The translations under genes were made by a program, and so were the position numbers. Shown here in pieces: positions 1-10,277 of a stretch of 64,000 nt of DNA (position 1 is its first letter; every line of letters begins with the position of its first letter). Source of the DNA: an uncultured Bacilli bacterium (GTDB taxonomy: Bacteria; Bacillota_I; Bacilli_A; RF39; UBA660); contig CAKOHI010000004.1 of the NCBI GenBank assembly GCA_934085585.1, positions 16,064 to 80,063 of the forward strand, given 5' to 3'. The notes under the pieces are model-generated. The model ran no database searches. It was not told where the DNA came from and saw only the letters and a list, made by a program, of their open reading frames with translations.

Positions 1-122
1 TAGTTATCATCATTAAAATTAATACCTATGGCACTGATTATTGCTAAATCATTAATTTCTTTATAATCGTAACATCCTGTACACAGTAATAGTGTTATAA
101 ATAATATTATTATTTTTTTCAT
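1..122 (-). CDS. Ger(x)C-family spore germination lipoprotein, N-terminal part only (runs off window)
   Basis: Minus-strand ATG at 122-120 overlaps the stop of the upstream GerA-like gene (ATGA). My translation is MKKIIILFITLLLCTGCYDYKEINDLAIISAIGINFNDDN: a signal peptide with a TGC lipobox, then the EINDLAI motif typical of GerAC/GerKC N-termini. It is absent from the ORF track because the window edge truncates it. Confidence 0.7.
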   Translation of the reverse strand, partial: MKKIIILFITLLLCTGCYDYKEINDLAIISAIGINFNDDN

Positions 123-1543
123 AGGTCCTCCGTTTGTTTAATTATGTTTTTATGAGTAAATAATGTACTTCTTCGTGTGTCTTTTTTTAAGGCTTTTTTT
201 AATACTGAATTATTAAAATATTCTTTGTTAAATGGAGAAATCGGAGCAAAATATGGTTTGCCAAATGAATTTGTACTTGTAGTGTATATTAAAAAGTAAA
301 ATAATCCTAGAGTTATTCCGTATAAACCAAAAAGTCCACTTAAAACAATAAATGCAAATCTAAAAAATCTTAAAGCATTGTTTATTTCAATAGTTGTAAA
401 GGTTAGGCTAGAGATAAAAGTTATGGCAATTACAATTATGGTAATGGGAGATGCGATACCAGCGGAAACTGAAGCTTCACCTAGAACTATGGCTCCGAGT
501 ATGGAAATTGCTGATCCATAACTTGATGGAAATCTTAGGTCACTTTCTCGTAAAATTTCGCATACAAATAGCATGATTAATGTTTCTATGATGGTAGGAA
601 AAGGTACTCCGTCACGCTGAATAGCAAAATTTAGAAGAAGGCTTGTAGGAATTGTTTCTTGATTATAATTCATTACTGCTATATAAATTGCCGGAGCCAT
701 CATAGATATTAAAAATGCTGTTATTCTTAAAATTTTAATAAAATTTACATTTTTGCTTTTATTATAATTGTCTATTACTGGATTAATAAAATCAATAAAA
801 AAAGCCGGTATGATAAGGACAAAAGGAGAAGTATCTACGACGATAGCAATTTTTCCTTCCATTAGTGAAGTTGCAACAATATCAGGTCTTTCGGTTTCTA
901 TGAATGTTGGATACACACTATTTTCTTCATTTCCAAGAAGAAAACCTAAAGAAGATGAATCTACTATGCCATCAATATCAATTGAATCTATTTTAGCAAG
1001 AAGGTTATCTACTAAAGATGTATTAGCAATGTCTTCAAAATATAAAATACTTATATTAGTAAGGGTTTTTCTGCCAATTGTTCTAGATTCCGTTTTTAAA
1101 GAGCTTGATTTAATTCTTCTTTTAATTAAGCCAATGTTTGTTTGAATGTTTTCTGTAAAAGCATCTTTGGGTCCATTGATGGAAGATTCAACTTCGCTAT
1201 TTGATACTGCTCTGGAAATATCTGCTCTTGTTTCAATAGCATAAACTTTATTTTGAATAACTATTAAAGAAAAACCATTTGTTAAGTAAAATTCACATTC
1301 ATCAATATTTTTAATTTCTATTGTATTCGGAGCTGCAATATATGAAGATATGTTGTTTTTAGTAATTTCATCTTTTTTTAATATAATATTTTTTAAGATG
1401 TAATCATTTACTTTGTCACTACTTGATACAGTTTCTAAATAAACTAAATAAATTGTTTTAAAAAAGGATAAATTTATTTCTTTTATGACAAAGTCAGGAC
1501 ATTTATTGAATTCAATTTCTAGTCTTTTAATTATTTTATTCAT
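119..1543 (-). CDS. Spore germination protein, GerA/GerKA A-subunit family
   Basis: ORF 119-1570. It has a soluble N-domain with GPKDAFTENIQTNIGLIKRRIK followed by a multi-TM C-terminal half, as in the GerAA/SpoVAF family. The track start is a TTG; I chose the first ATG (MNKIIKRLE, 1543), which is preceded by GGTGA. It is followed directly by the C-subunit gene, with no B subunit in between. Confidence 0.85.
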   Translation of the reverse strand: MNKIIKRLEIEFNKCPDFVIKEINLSFFKTIYLVYLETVSSSDKVNDYILKNIILKKDEITKNNISSYIAAPNTIEIKNIDECEFYLTNGFSLIVIQNKVYAIETRADISRAVSNSEVESSINGPKDAFTENIQTNIGLIKRRIKSSSLKTESRTIGRKTLTNISILYFEDIANTSLVDNLLAKIDSIDIDGIVDSSSLGFLLGNEENSVYPTFIETERPDIVATSLMEGKIAIVVDTSPFVLIIPAFFIDFINPVIDNYNKSKNVNFIKILRITAFLISMMAPAIYIAVMNYNQETIPTSLLLNFAIQRDGVPFPTIIETLIMLFVCEILRESDLRFPSSYGSAISILGAIVLGEASVSAGIASPITIIVIAITFISSLTFTTIEINNALRFFRFAFIVLSGLFGLYGITLGLFYFLIYTTSTNSFGKPYFAPISPFNKEYFNNSVLKKALKKDTRRSTLFTHKNIIKQTEDL

Positions 1544-1608
1544 ATAATCACCATTTATAATATTTACCAAATAATGGTATTTATGCTAAAATGTTGGTAG
1601 TGATGATT

Positions 1609-2790
1609 ATGAAAGTTGAAATTGTTAAATTAGATGACTTTGGACGTGGTATTTGTTTTGTGAATGATAAAGTTACTTTTGTACCAAATACATTGCCTGG
1701 TGATATTGTAAATATAAAAATAATAAAAGAAAATAAGAAATATAATGAAGCTATATTGATTGATTTAGTTAAATCTTCAAGTAAGAGAATTGATGCTCCA
1801 TGTCCTTATTTTGGAATATGTGGAGGATGTAGTTTACAAGCATTATCTTATGAGAAAGGTATTAATTATAAAAAAGAAAAGGTAATCAATTATTTTAAAA
1901 AAATGGGGATAAGCATTACTCCAAAAGTTATAGTAAATGATATACATTATAATTATAGAAATAAAATTACATTAAAAGTTGTAAATGGAGTAGTGGGATA
2001 TTATAAATTAAATAGTCATAGTGTTGTGGAAGTAAATAAATGTTTGCTTGCCGAAGAATGTATAAATGATGTAATAAGTATTGTTTGTGGTATGGGTATT
2101 ATAAATGGTGAAGTAATAATTAGAAGTAATTATAAAAGTGAAATATTAATTATAATAAATAGTAAAGATAAAATAAATATTACAAATATAAGTAATAATA
2201 TAAATGGTATAATATTAAATGATGAAGTAATATATGGAAATGATTATTTTTATGAAGAAATAAATAATATTAAATATAAAGTATCATATAAAGCATTTTT
2301 TCAAGTTAATAGAAATGTTGCAAGTAAAATGTTTAAGTTAGTTGAGAAATTTATAAATGTTAATGATTGTGTTCTAGATTTGTATTCTGGAGTTGGTACT
2401 TTAGGTTTAAGTGCTTCAAAAAATGCTAAAAGTGTTGTGGGTGTTGAAGTAAATAAAGATGCTGTAGATAATGCTAATCAAAATGCTTTAATAAATAATT
2501 TAAATAATGCTAAATTTATATATAGTGATGCCAGTAATATTAAAAATATTGATGTATCATTTAATAAGTTAATTGTTGATCCCCCTAGAGCTGGTTTAAG
2601 TAGGGAAGTAATAGATTTTATTAAGTTTAAGTTGCCAGATGAAATAATGTATATTTCATGTGATTATCATACACAAGCAAGAGATTTGAAATTACTAGAT
2701 AGTTATGAAATAATTGATTCATATATTTGTGATTTGTTTTCTTATACGTATCATGTTGAATGTATTTGTTTTTTAAGAAAAAAAAGGTGA
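1609..2790 (+). CDS. 23S rRNA (uracil-5)-methyltransferase, RumA/RlmD-like (TRAM + Fe-S + SAM MTase)
   Basis: N-terminal TRAM-like segment (MKVEIVKLDDFGRGICF...GDIV), Cys cluster CPYFGICGGCSLQ, SAM-binding DLYSGVGTLG, and DPPRAGL plus ISCD motifs. The ORF opens at 1591; the ATG at 1609 gives the natural MKVEIV start. Confidence 0.8.
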   Translation: MKVEIVKLDDFGRGICFVNDKVTFVPNTLPGDIVNIKIIKENKKYNEAILIDLVKSSSKRIDAPCPYFGICGGCSLQALSYEKGINYKKEKVINYFKKMGISITPKVIVNDIHYNYRNKITLKVVNGVVGYYKLNSHSVVEVNKCLLAEECINDVISIVCGMGIINGEVIIRSNYKSEILIIINSKDKINITNISNNINGIILNDEVIYGNDYFYEEINNIKYKVSYKAFFQVNRNVASKMFKLVEKFINVNDCVLDLYSGVGTLGLSASKNAKSVVGVEVNKDAVDNANQNALINNLNNAKFIYSDASNIKNIDVSFNKLIVDPPRAGLSREVIDFIKFKLPDEIMYISCDYHTQARDLKLLDSYEIIDSYICDLFSYTYHVECICFLRKKR

Positions 2791-3290
2791 TTTAATTTGA
2801 AAAAAATATTTTTATACTTATATCCAGTTCGTGAATTTTGTTAAGTCAACTGGAAGTGTAAGCAAAGAAAAATTGTATGAATTGAAATAAAATATGGCTA
2901 CTTGCAATTGAATTAAAATTATGGTAATATAAGTATATATGAAGGAAAAATTCATATATTAAAAAAAGGAAACATTTGATTTTGGTTTGTTGAATGTTAC
3001 CGTTTGTTTATTTGGATGTTTATTTGGATATTAACTATCACAAATAAACATTTTTTTAATGAACGCAAAAGTTTCACTAAAAAATTCTTAAAGCGTTTTA
3101 CCACCATAAGTACCAACTCCTTCCATAAATCCACCCCCCCATATAGAGAGGTAAGTCAATATGTCCGGTTGGTAACACTCAACAATCAAACTGTTTCCAT
3201 AAAATAATTATACCAAAAATGAGCTTTATGTAAATGAGAATGTAATAAAATGTTGCTGTTTAAAATATAAAAAAATATGAAATAAACTAT

Positions 3291-3319
3291 TTGACAAACG
3301 TTAAAAAAAGTAATATAAT
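3291..3319 (+). promoter_or_regulatory. Sigma-A type promoter of the pheST leader
   Basis: TTGACA (3291-3296), 17-nt spacer, TATAAT (3314-3319). Confidence 0.6.
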
Positions 3320-3334
3320 CTAGAAGTAATTGAT

Positions 3335-3541
3335 GGAGAAATTATCAAAGTAGTTAATTTAAAACTTTGTACAGGGAATTGTAGTCATTGATTGAGAGCT
3401 ACAACAAAAAGTTAAATTAATGAATTTCAATAATGGAGTCAAATCGTGAAAGAGCGTTAATCTATTTGAGGTAGTAGAAATACTATAAAAAAAGGTGGTA
3501 CCACGAGCAATTCGTCCTTTTAGGATGTTTGCTCGTTTTTA
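3335..3541 (+). promoter_or_regulatory. T-box riboswitch leader (Phe specifier) with terminator/antiterminator
   Basis: Conserved T-box sequence AAAGGTGGTACCACG at 3491-3505. Terminator stem CGAGCAA (3504-3510) / TTGCTCG (3529-3535) followed by a T-run. Stem I has AGTAG on its 5' side and a specifier loop tGAATTTCAa whose TTC (3426-3428) is followed by a purine. It sits directly upstream of pheS. Confidence 0.85.
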
Positions 3542-3572
3542 TATTTTTGTACCGATGAAAAGGAAGGATAAT

Positions 3573-4610
3573 ATGAAAGAAAAGTTAGAAAAAATAAGAG
3601 AGTTAGGTTTAGAAAAAATTGATGCTACTAAAACTATTCAAGAACTTGAAGATGTTAGAAAAGACTTAACGGGTAAGAAAAGTGAACTTGCCGAAGTTAT
3701 GAAAAACATGGGAAGTTTAGCACCTGAAGATAAAAAGAGTGTTGGCATGTTAACTACAGAAATAAAAAATGTATTTCAAGAAAAGTTGGCAAGTAAGGAA
3801 GAAGAAATTATTGCATCAATGAGTGTTTTAGATGAACCGATTGATTTAACAGTTCCAGGTAAACATGTTAGTGAAGGAGCATTACATCCAATTACACAAA
3901 TGCGTAATGATTTAAATGAAGCCTTTTTATCACTAGGATTTGAAGTTTATACTGAAGATGATATAAGTAGTGAAGAATATGCTTTTGATAATTTGAATTT
4001 TGCTAAAGATCATCCAGCTCGTCAATCTATGGATACTTATTGGATAGAAGGAACAGAAAATAAAGAAGGAGCTGAAAGACTTTGTTTAAAACCACATTTA
4101 ACTGGTGGTTCAGTAAGATATTTGTTAAATCATGGAGCTCCGGCGAGATTTGTATATCCTGGTAAAGTATTTAGAAATGAAACAACTGATGCAAGACATG
4201 AAAGAGCTTTCTATCAATATGAAGCTTTAATTGTTGATAAAGATATATCCTTTTCATCTGGTATGGTAATGATTCAAACTATTTTAGAAAAGGTTTTTGG
4301 AAGAAAAATAAATACAAGAATGAGAGAAGGTTTCTTCCCATTTACAGAACCTGGTTATGAAATTGATATGGAATGTCTTGTTTGTGGCGGAAAAGGTTGT
4401 AAAGTATGTAATCATAATGGTTGGATAGAAGTTATGCCTGGTGGAGTAATTCATCCGAATGTACTTAAATCTGCAAAGCTTGATCCAGATGAATGGACAG
4501 GATTTTATATTAATATTGGTTTAGATAGATTAGTAATGATGCGTTATGGAGTAGATGATGTAAGACTTTTCCATAGTAGTGATTTACGTTTCTTAAAACA
4601 ATTTAAATAA
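3573..4610 (+). CDS. pheS: Phenylalanine--tRNA ligase alpha subunit
   Basis: Class II aaRS motifs (HPARQSMDTYW, FRNE, GxGxDR: GLDRLVMM). The ATG at 3573 follows AAGGAAGGA. The upstream part of ORF 3495-4610 reads through the T-box terminator and is not coding. Confidence 0.95.
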   Translation: MKEKLEKIRELGLEKIDATKTIQELEDVRKDLTGKKSELAEVMKNMGSLAPEDKKSVGMLTTEIKNVFQEKLASKEEEIIASMSVLDEPIDLTVPGKHVSEGALHPITQMRNDLNEAFLSLGFEVYTEDDISSEEYAFDNLNFAKDHPARQSMDTYWIEGTENKEGAERLCLKPHLTGGSVRYLLNHGAPARFVYPGKVFRNETTDARHERAFYQYEALIVDKDISFSSGMVMIQTILEKVFGRKINTRMREGFFPFTEPGYEIDMECLVCGGKGCKVCNHNGWIEVMPGGVIHPNVLKSAKLDPDEWTGFYINIGLDRLVMMRYGVDDVRLFHSSDLRFLKQFK

Positions 4611-4620
4611 GGAGGATAAA

Positions 4621-7044
4621 ATGAGAGTATCATTAAATTTAGTAAAAAAATATATAGATTTACCAGATAATTTAACAAATGAACAAATAGCTTATGATTT
4701 AACACTTCGTACTGTTGAGGTGGAAAGTGTTGAGGATACTGCTAAAAAGTTTCATGATATTATTGTAGGTAAAATAGTTGAAGTAAATAATCATCCAGAT
4801 GCTGATAAATTAAAAGTATGTATGGTTGATATTGGTGAAGATAAAAATGTTCAAATTGTATGTGGGGGATCTAACCTTTATAAAGATGAATTAGTTGTTG
4901 TTTGTAAACCTGGAGCTGAAGTTATTTGGCATGGTATCGGAGATCCAGTAGTTATTAAAGAAACTAAAATGCGTGGGGTATCATCTTATGGTATGATTTG
5001 TGCATCTGAAGAAGTTTTTTTAAGTGATTTCTTTCCCGCTAAAGATGAAACTGAGATAATTGATTTAAGTGGAATAGATTGTAAACCTGGAGATAATATT
5101 GCTGATGTTGTTGATATGAATGATACAGTATTAGAAATAGATAATAAGTCATTATCAAATAGACCAGATTTATGGGGACATTATGGAATTGCTCGTGAAC
5201 TTTCTGCAATATATGATGTTCCATTAAAGCCACAAGAAGTTTTTGAATTAGATAAAAATTTACCAAAATATGATGTAGAAATCAAAGAACCATCAAAATG
5301 CTATAGATATGCAGCAGTTGAAATTGATGGAATTTATGAAAAACAATCACCAATGTGGATGCAATCTTTACTTGTAAAATGTGGTGGAAGACCTATTAAT
5401 GCTATCGTAGATATTACAAATTATGTTATGTTTGCGGTAGGACAACCTCTTCATGCTTTTGATAAAACTCATGTAAGTGGTGATAAGATTGTTGTTAGAA
5501 ATGCTAAAGAAGGTGAAGAATTATTATTACTTGACCATAATTCTATTAAGCTAACTACAGATGATTTAGTTGTATGTGACACTGAAGATGCTATGGCTCT
5601 AGCAGGTATTCGTGGAGGTAGCAAAGACTCTATATTACCTGAAACTAAAGGTATAGTTTTAGAAGTTGCAAACTTTCCAGCATCATCAATTAGAAAAACT
5701 GGTAAAAGATTTGCGGAAAAAACTGATGCTTCAATTAGATATGAAAAAGGAATGGATACACAAAGAGTTGATGAAGGGTTAAATTTATCTTTATCTTTAA
5801 TTAAAGAAATATTTCCAGAAAGCAAAATTGTTAAATTTGCAGATGTTTATCCAGTTGAAACTAAAAAAGAAGAAATAGATGTAAGTGAGAATTTCTTAAC
5901 AACTAGATTAGGTAAGAAAATAGATGATGTTGTTATTAAAAGAATTCTTACTGCTTTAGGTTATGAAGTTACTTTAAATGATGGTGTATATCATGTAGTT
6001 GTACCTACATTTAGATCTACGGGTGATGTGTCTTTAAAAGATGATGTAATGGGAGATATTGCCAGAATATTAAGTTTTGATTCATTTGAAGCTAAACCTA
6101 TTGATATAACAATTGAACACTCTATTAATCAAAGAAAAGTTATACTAGAAAGAAGAATAATGGAATATCTCGCAAATAGATGTGGATTTTATGAAATATT
6201 TACATATCCTTGGATAGATGAAAAATATATTAATGCAGCTGGTATTTCTACGGAAGATACAATTAAACTTGCAACACCACCAGCACCTGAACTTGCAAAT
6301 TTAAGAACTTCCCTAATCCCTGGATTACTTGAAGCAACTGTTAAAAATTTAAGATATTATGAAAGTTTTAAAATATTTGAATGCGCACAAGTATTTAAAA
6401 AGGGTGAATATAGGCCATCTAGTAATGATGAGGTATTACCAGTTCAAAATAAATATTTAGCTGGTGCTATAGTTGGTAAAAATGCTAAAGAAATATTCTT
6501 TGAATTAAAAGGTGTATTAGAAGAAATGTCTAGATATACCCACATGGAAGTATTAAAACTAGAATCTGGAGATAAACCAAGTTGGGCAGATGTTAATGCA
6601 CACTTAAATATAACATTAAATGGTAATGTAATTGGAACTTTAGGATTGCTATCAATTAAAGCTATGAATGATGTAAAAATTAAAAGAACTAACGTAGCTA
6701 TATTTGAAATAAATATGGAAGAATTAATTCCATTTGCTTCTAGAGATAATAAATTTGATCATTTACCTGAACTTCCTTTAGTTGAAAAAGACTTGTCAAT
6801 AATTGTTGATGAATCTGTAAGTTGGGCAATAATTGAACAAACTGTTAAAGGAAAAGTTAAAGAAGTTGAATTTGTGGATGTATATCGTGGAAATCAAATT
6901 CCTGAAGGTAAAAAGTCTGTTACATTTAAGGTTCGTATGATTAATGAAGGTAGTACAATGACTATGGAAGAAATAAATGACAAAATGGATAGAATACTTT
7001 CTTCATTAAGTAAAAGATGCGGAGCTAAATTAAGAGAAGAGTAG
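4621..7044 (+). CDS. pheT: Phenylalanine--tRNA ligase beta subunit
   Basis: 807 aa. N-terminal tRNA-binding (EMAP-like) domain HPDADKLKVCMVDIG, B3/4 and B5 regions, and a C-terminal FDX-ACB-like domain. It follows pheS by 10 nt with a GGAGGA RBS. Confidence 0.95.
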   Translation: MRVSLNLVKKYIDLPDNLTNEQIAYDLTLRTVEVESVEDTAKKFHDIIVGKIVEVNNHPDADKLKVCMVDIGEDKNVQIVCGGSNLYKDELVVVCKPGAEVIWHGIGDPVVIKETKMRGVSSYGMICASEEVFLSDFFPAKDETEIIDLSGIDCKPGDNIADVVDMNDTVLEIDNKSLSNRPDLWGHYGIARELSAIYDVPLKPQEVFELDKNLPKYDVEIKEPSKCYRYAAVEIDGIYEKQSPMWMQSLLVKCGGRPINAIVDITNYVMFAVGQPLHAFDKTHVSGDKIVVRNAKEGEELLLLDHNSIKLTTDDLVVCDTEDAMALAGIRGGSKDSILPETKGIVLEVANFPASSIRKTGKRFAEKTDASIRYEKGMDTQRVDEGLNLSLSLIKEIFPESKIVKFADVYPVETKKEEIDVSENFLTTRLGKKIDDVVIKRILTALGYEVTLNDGVYHVVVPTFRSTGDVSLKDDVMGDIARILSFDSFEAKPIDITIEHSINQRKVILERRIMEYLANRCGFYEIFTYPWIDEKYINAAGISTEDTIKLATPPAPELANLRTSLIPGLLEATVKNLRYYESFKIFECAQVFKKGEYRPSSNDEVLPVQNKYLAGAIVGKNAKEIFFELKGVLEEMSRYTHMEVLKLESGDKPSWADVNAHLNITLNGNVIGTLGLLSIKAMNDVKIKRTNVAIFEINMEELIPFASRDNKFDHLPELPLVEKDLSIIVDESVSWAIIEQTVKGKVKEVEFVDVYRGNQIPEGKKSVTFKVRMINEGSTMTMEEINDKMDRILSSLSKRCGAKLREE

Positions 7045-7050
7045 TAAAAA

Positions 7051-7072
7051 TGACGCTAATGGCGTCATTTTT
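7051..7072 (+). terminator. Intrinsic terminator of pheST
   Basis: TGACGC (7051-7056) / GCGTCA (7062-7067) hairpin followed by TTTTT. Confidence 0.75.
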
Positions 7073-7175
7073 GAATGGAAAAGTATTGACTGATAGTTGT
7101 CTTTTTTTGTATACTGATGTAGAGTATGAAACATATAAAAAATATTCATACTAGTAGTAAAGGCGGTAGTTTTTT

Positions 7176-9178
7176 ATGGAAAATAAAAAGGCAAAAATAA
7201 TATCAATGATAGCAATTATTGCACTAGTTCTAACTGTTGTAACAGCAACATATGCTTATTTTCAAGCTCAAACTGGGGAAGGTTCACAAACAGATGTAAA
7301 GATAACCTCAAGTACCGTAGATACTCTATCTTTTGAAACAGGTTCTTCACTAACTTTTACTGCAGATCAAGATACATTTGCTAATGGTAAAGCAAGTTTA
7401 TCTGATACAACATTTGCTAAAGCTACTTTAACTGCAAATAATAAAACAAATACTGCCACGAATAATTATAATTTGTATTTAAATATATCAGATAATAATT
7501 TTACTTATACTCAAGATATAAGTACACCAGAATTATTACTTCAAATTGTAGATGCAAGTAATAATTCAATAACAAGTATAGATGGACTCGAATATAAAAC
7601 AGTAACAGATAATAAAAATACATCAATATCAGGATTTGATATAACAAATAAAACAGGATTAATAAATCTATTTACAAATAGAGAAATAACAACTACATCA
7701 AGTAAAACAGAAGAATGGACAATAAAGATAACATTTGTAAATTATAATAAAGACCAAAGTGGAAATGCGGGTAAAAGTTTTGATGGACAAATATTAATAA
7801 GTAAAGATACATTTGATAATTATACACCAAATACTATTAATACATTAAGTGCCACAAAAAATGGAACAAACTTAACAGTAAACTTAAATGTAGAACAAGG
7901 AAGTAATGAAATAGATAAGTATTATTATGCAATCGAGGAAACAAATGGACTTGCAATTTTAGATAATACAAGTAAAGTACAAAGATTAAGTAATAGACTA
8001 GCAGTAAGTAACTTAACATATGTAGAAAGTAGTTCAAGTTCACATACATTTACGAATTTAAATAGTACAAAAGATTATAAAGTATCAGCATATGTGATAG
8101 ATAAAAAGAAGATAAAAAGTAATACATATGAATATAACGTAAGTTCAGGTTCATATATATATCCAACAATTAGTAAAGTAGAAACAAGTACAACATCGAA
8201 TTCAATCACAGCAACAGTAACAGCCACCAAAGGAACAAATAATATATCAAAATATTATTATTCAATAGATAATGGAAGTACGTTTATAGAAAGTACAAGT
8301 AATATTATACATTTAGTAATCTTAATGGTGGAAGCTATAGAATAATGGTAAAAGTAATAGATACGAATGGCAAGTATTCAAATAGTTATGTGGTTAGTGA
8401 AAAAATAGAAGCAAGCCAAACATTAGCAAATTATGTCATATCACAATATAATGGAGTACAAGGAAATAATGGAATATATTATCATAATTCAAGTTTAGCA
8501 AATGGGGCAGGAGACAATTCATATAGATATGCCGGAGCAAATCCAAATAATTATGTATGCTTTGGAAGTGATGAAGAAATATGTCCGGATGATAATTTAT
8601 ATCGAATTATTGGAGTGTTTGATGAAAATGTTAAATTAATTAAGACAATTTCAGTGGGGAATATGGAATGGGCTAGTGATAGTCAAAAGACATATTTGAA
8701 TGGAGAATACATATTAAATTTAGGAATATATACAAAAAATATAATAAATACTATGTGGAAGACCGGTGGAAGTTCACCTGAAAATATTATAAATGTAGTA
8801 CCATCTGTAGTATATCAAAATGAAATAAAAAATCCAGAAGATGTTTTTACTAATACTTTGCAAATAGGGTTAATGTATGTAAGCGATTATGGTTTTGCAG
8901 CAAGTCCAAGCGCATGGACAACGAATTTGGAATCTTATAATAGTTCATTAATAACATCTGTAAATTGGTTGTATTTAGGTTTAAAAGAATGGACAATAAC
9001 TAAGGCTGGTGTTAATTATAGTAATGTATATCGAATTGATGATACTGGAACTATAATTTACGAATATAGTCGTGAGGATGGAAAGACAGGTGAAATAAGA
9101 CCAACATTTTATTTGAATTCGAATATATATTATATAACTGGTTCAGGTACTCAATCTGATCCGATTCGTATTTCATGA
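7176..9178 (+). pseudogene. Frameshifted paralog of the SipW-signal/TasA-like secreted protein family, with two extra Ig/FN3-like repeats
   Basis: ORFs 7176-8345 and 8345-9178 together are collinear with the 529/531-aa paralogs at 30908-34113. The first half has the signal peptide (..VTATYAYFQAQ) and N-domain; the second has the C-terminal NSYRYAG..LYRIIGV..SDYGFAASP..EWTI module. The reading frame switches near 8301-8308. The +2 frame upstream of the ATG at 8345 reads YYTFSNLNGGSYRIMVKVIDTNGK, which continues a repeat homologous to HTFTNLNSTKDYKVSAYVIDKKK in the first ORF. Confidence 0.75.
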
Positions 9179-9240
9179 AGTAACTTATAGTTGCTTTTTT
9201 TCTTTTCTTTAATGTATAATTTAGATGGAGGTAAAGAGTT

Positions 9241-10257
9241 ATGAAATTTCCAAAGTTTATAAATAAAGGTAATGTAATCGGGGTAGTTGCTCCATCTGAT
9301 GGAGCTGATAATGAATTAAAGGTTAAAAGATTTAAAAATGCGTGTAAGAAATTAGAAAATTTAGGTTATAAAATGAAATTCTCTGATAGCGTCTTTAATT
9401 CATTTATGGGCAGAAGCACAAGTGAGAAACAAAGAGCAAAAGAGTTTAATGAAATGGTTAGTGATAGTTCCATTGATTTAATAATGTGTGCTTCTGGTGG
9501 TGAATTTCTTTTAGAGATTTTGCCTTATGTTGATTTTGAATTGTTAGAAAATAATCCGAAATTTGTATGTGGTTTTTCTGATCCAACTGGATTGTTATAT
9601 CCTATAACTACAAAATATGATATTGCAACGATTTATGGAAAGAACTTCTCGCATTTTGGAATGGAAGAATATCATAAAAGTGAAGAAGATTTTTTGAAAA
9701 TAATTAATGGTATTGATGTAGTGCAAGATAGTTATGAGAAATATGAAGGGACTTATTTAGATAAAGTAACCGGGTTAGAAAGCTATAATTTGGATAGTGA
9801 TGTAAAATGGATGACGGTTAAGGATGAAGATATATTTATAAGGGGAAGAATTATTGGGGGATGTTTTGATATTATTTCTGATTTAGCTGGTACAAAGTAC
9901 GATGGAATAAATGAGTTTAATGAAAAGTATAAAAATGATGGAATAATATGGTATTTTGATAATTGTGAAAAAAGTATGGATGATGTAATTAGAATACTAT
10001 GGAAATTTAATGAACTTGGATATTTTAAGTATGCAAAAGGTATTATTTTTGGAAGATTTGGAAAAGAAGCAAGTAATACATATGAAACTATAATTGATTG
10101 TTTAAAAGATAGTGTAATAAGTAAGTTGGATATACCTATAATATATAATGCTGATGTAAGTCATAAGGGACCATGTTTAAATATAATTAATGGTGGAATA
10201 GCTGAAATTGAAGTGAAAAATCATAAAGGTAAGGTTAAATTTAGAATTTCTGAATAA
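9241..10257 (+). CDS. LD-carboxypeptidase (peptidase S66, LdcA/MccF-like)
   Basis: VIGVVAPSDGA N-terminus, GGEFLLEILPYVDF, and the nucleophile motif CGFSDPTGL, all typical of the S66 family. Confidence 0.8.
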   Translation: MKFPKFINKGNVIGVVAPSDGADNELKVKRFKNACKKLENLGYKMKFSDSVFNSFMGRSTSEKQRAKEFNEMVSDSSIDLIMCASGGEFLLEILPYVDFELLENNPKFVCGFSDPTGLLYPITTKYDIATIYGKNFSHFGMEEYHKSEEDFLKIINGIDVVQDSYEKYEGTYLDKVTGLESYNLDSDVKWMTVKDEDIFIRGRIIGGCFDIISDLAGTKYDGINEFNEKYKNDGIIWYFDNCEKSMDDVIRILWKFNELGYFKYAKGIIFGRFGKEASNTYETIIDCLKDSVISKLDIPIIYNADVSHKGPCLNIINGGIAEIEVKNHKGKVKFRISE

Positions 10258-10277
10258 ACTTTATATAGAGGGATAAT

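Noticed and set aside
768-1145. This and the other short ORFs in the track that lie antisense to or inside well-supported genes: 5039-5266, 5469-5825, 7837-8049, 12018-12230, 14169-14360, 15367-15603, 19735-19923, 19763-20023, 19772-19990, 20557-20772, 21752-21979, 22802-23050, 29836-30126, 34307-34744, 36112-36393, 41580-41762, 42113-42307, 45753-46028, 51371-51598, 54459-54659, 59555-59764, 62129-62338 and 62801-63193.
   Set aside because: Each overlaps a gene with clear family motifs on the other strand or in another frame. They lack ribosome-binding sites and have low-complexity translations (S/L/F/I-rich) typical of shadow ORFs in AT-rich DNA.
3004-3207. 67-aa plus-strand ORF in the gap upstream of pheS.
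   Set aside because: It has no RBS and the translation has no features. The region is better described as non-coding, and the only start with a strong RBS is the 36-codon ORF on the opposite strand.
9000-9178. The 3' end of the frameshifted paralog A as the DGR template repeat for the variable blocks of paralogs B and C.
   Set aside because: It differs in length (4 extra codons). It also differs from B and C at many non-adenine positions, so it does not have the A-specific mismatch pattern required of a template repeat.
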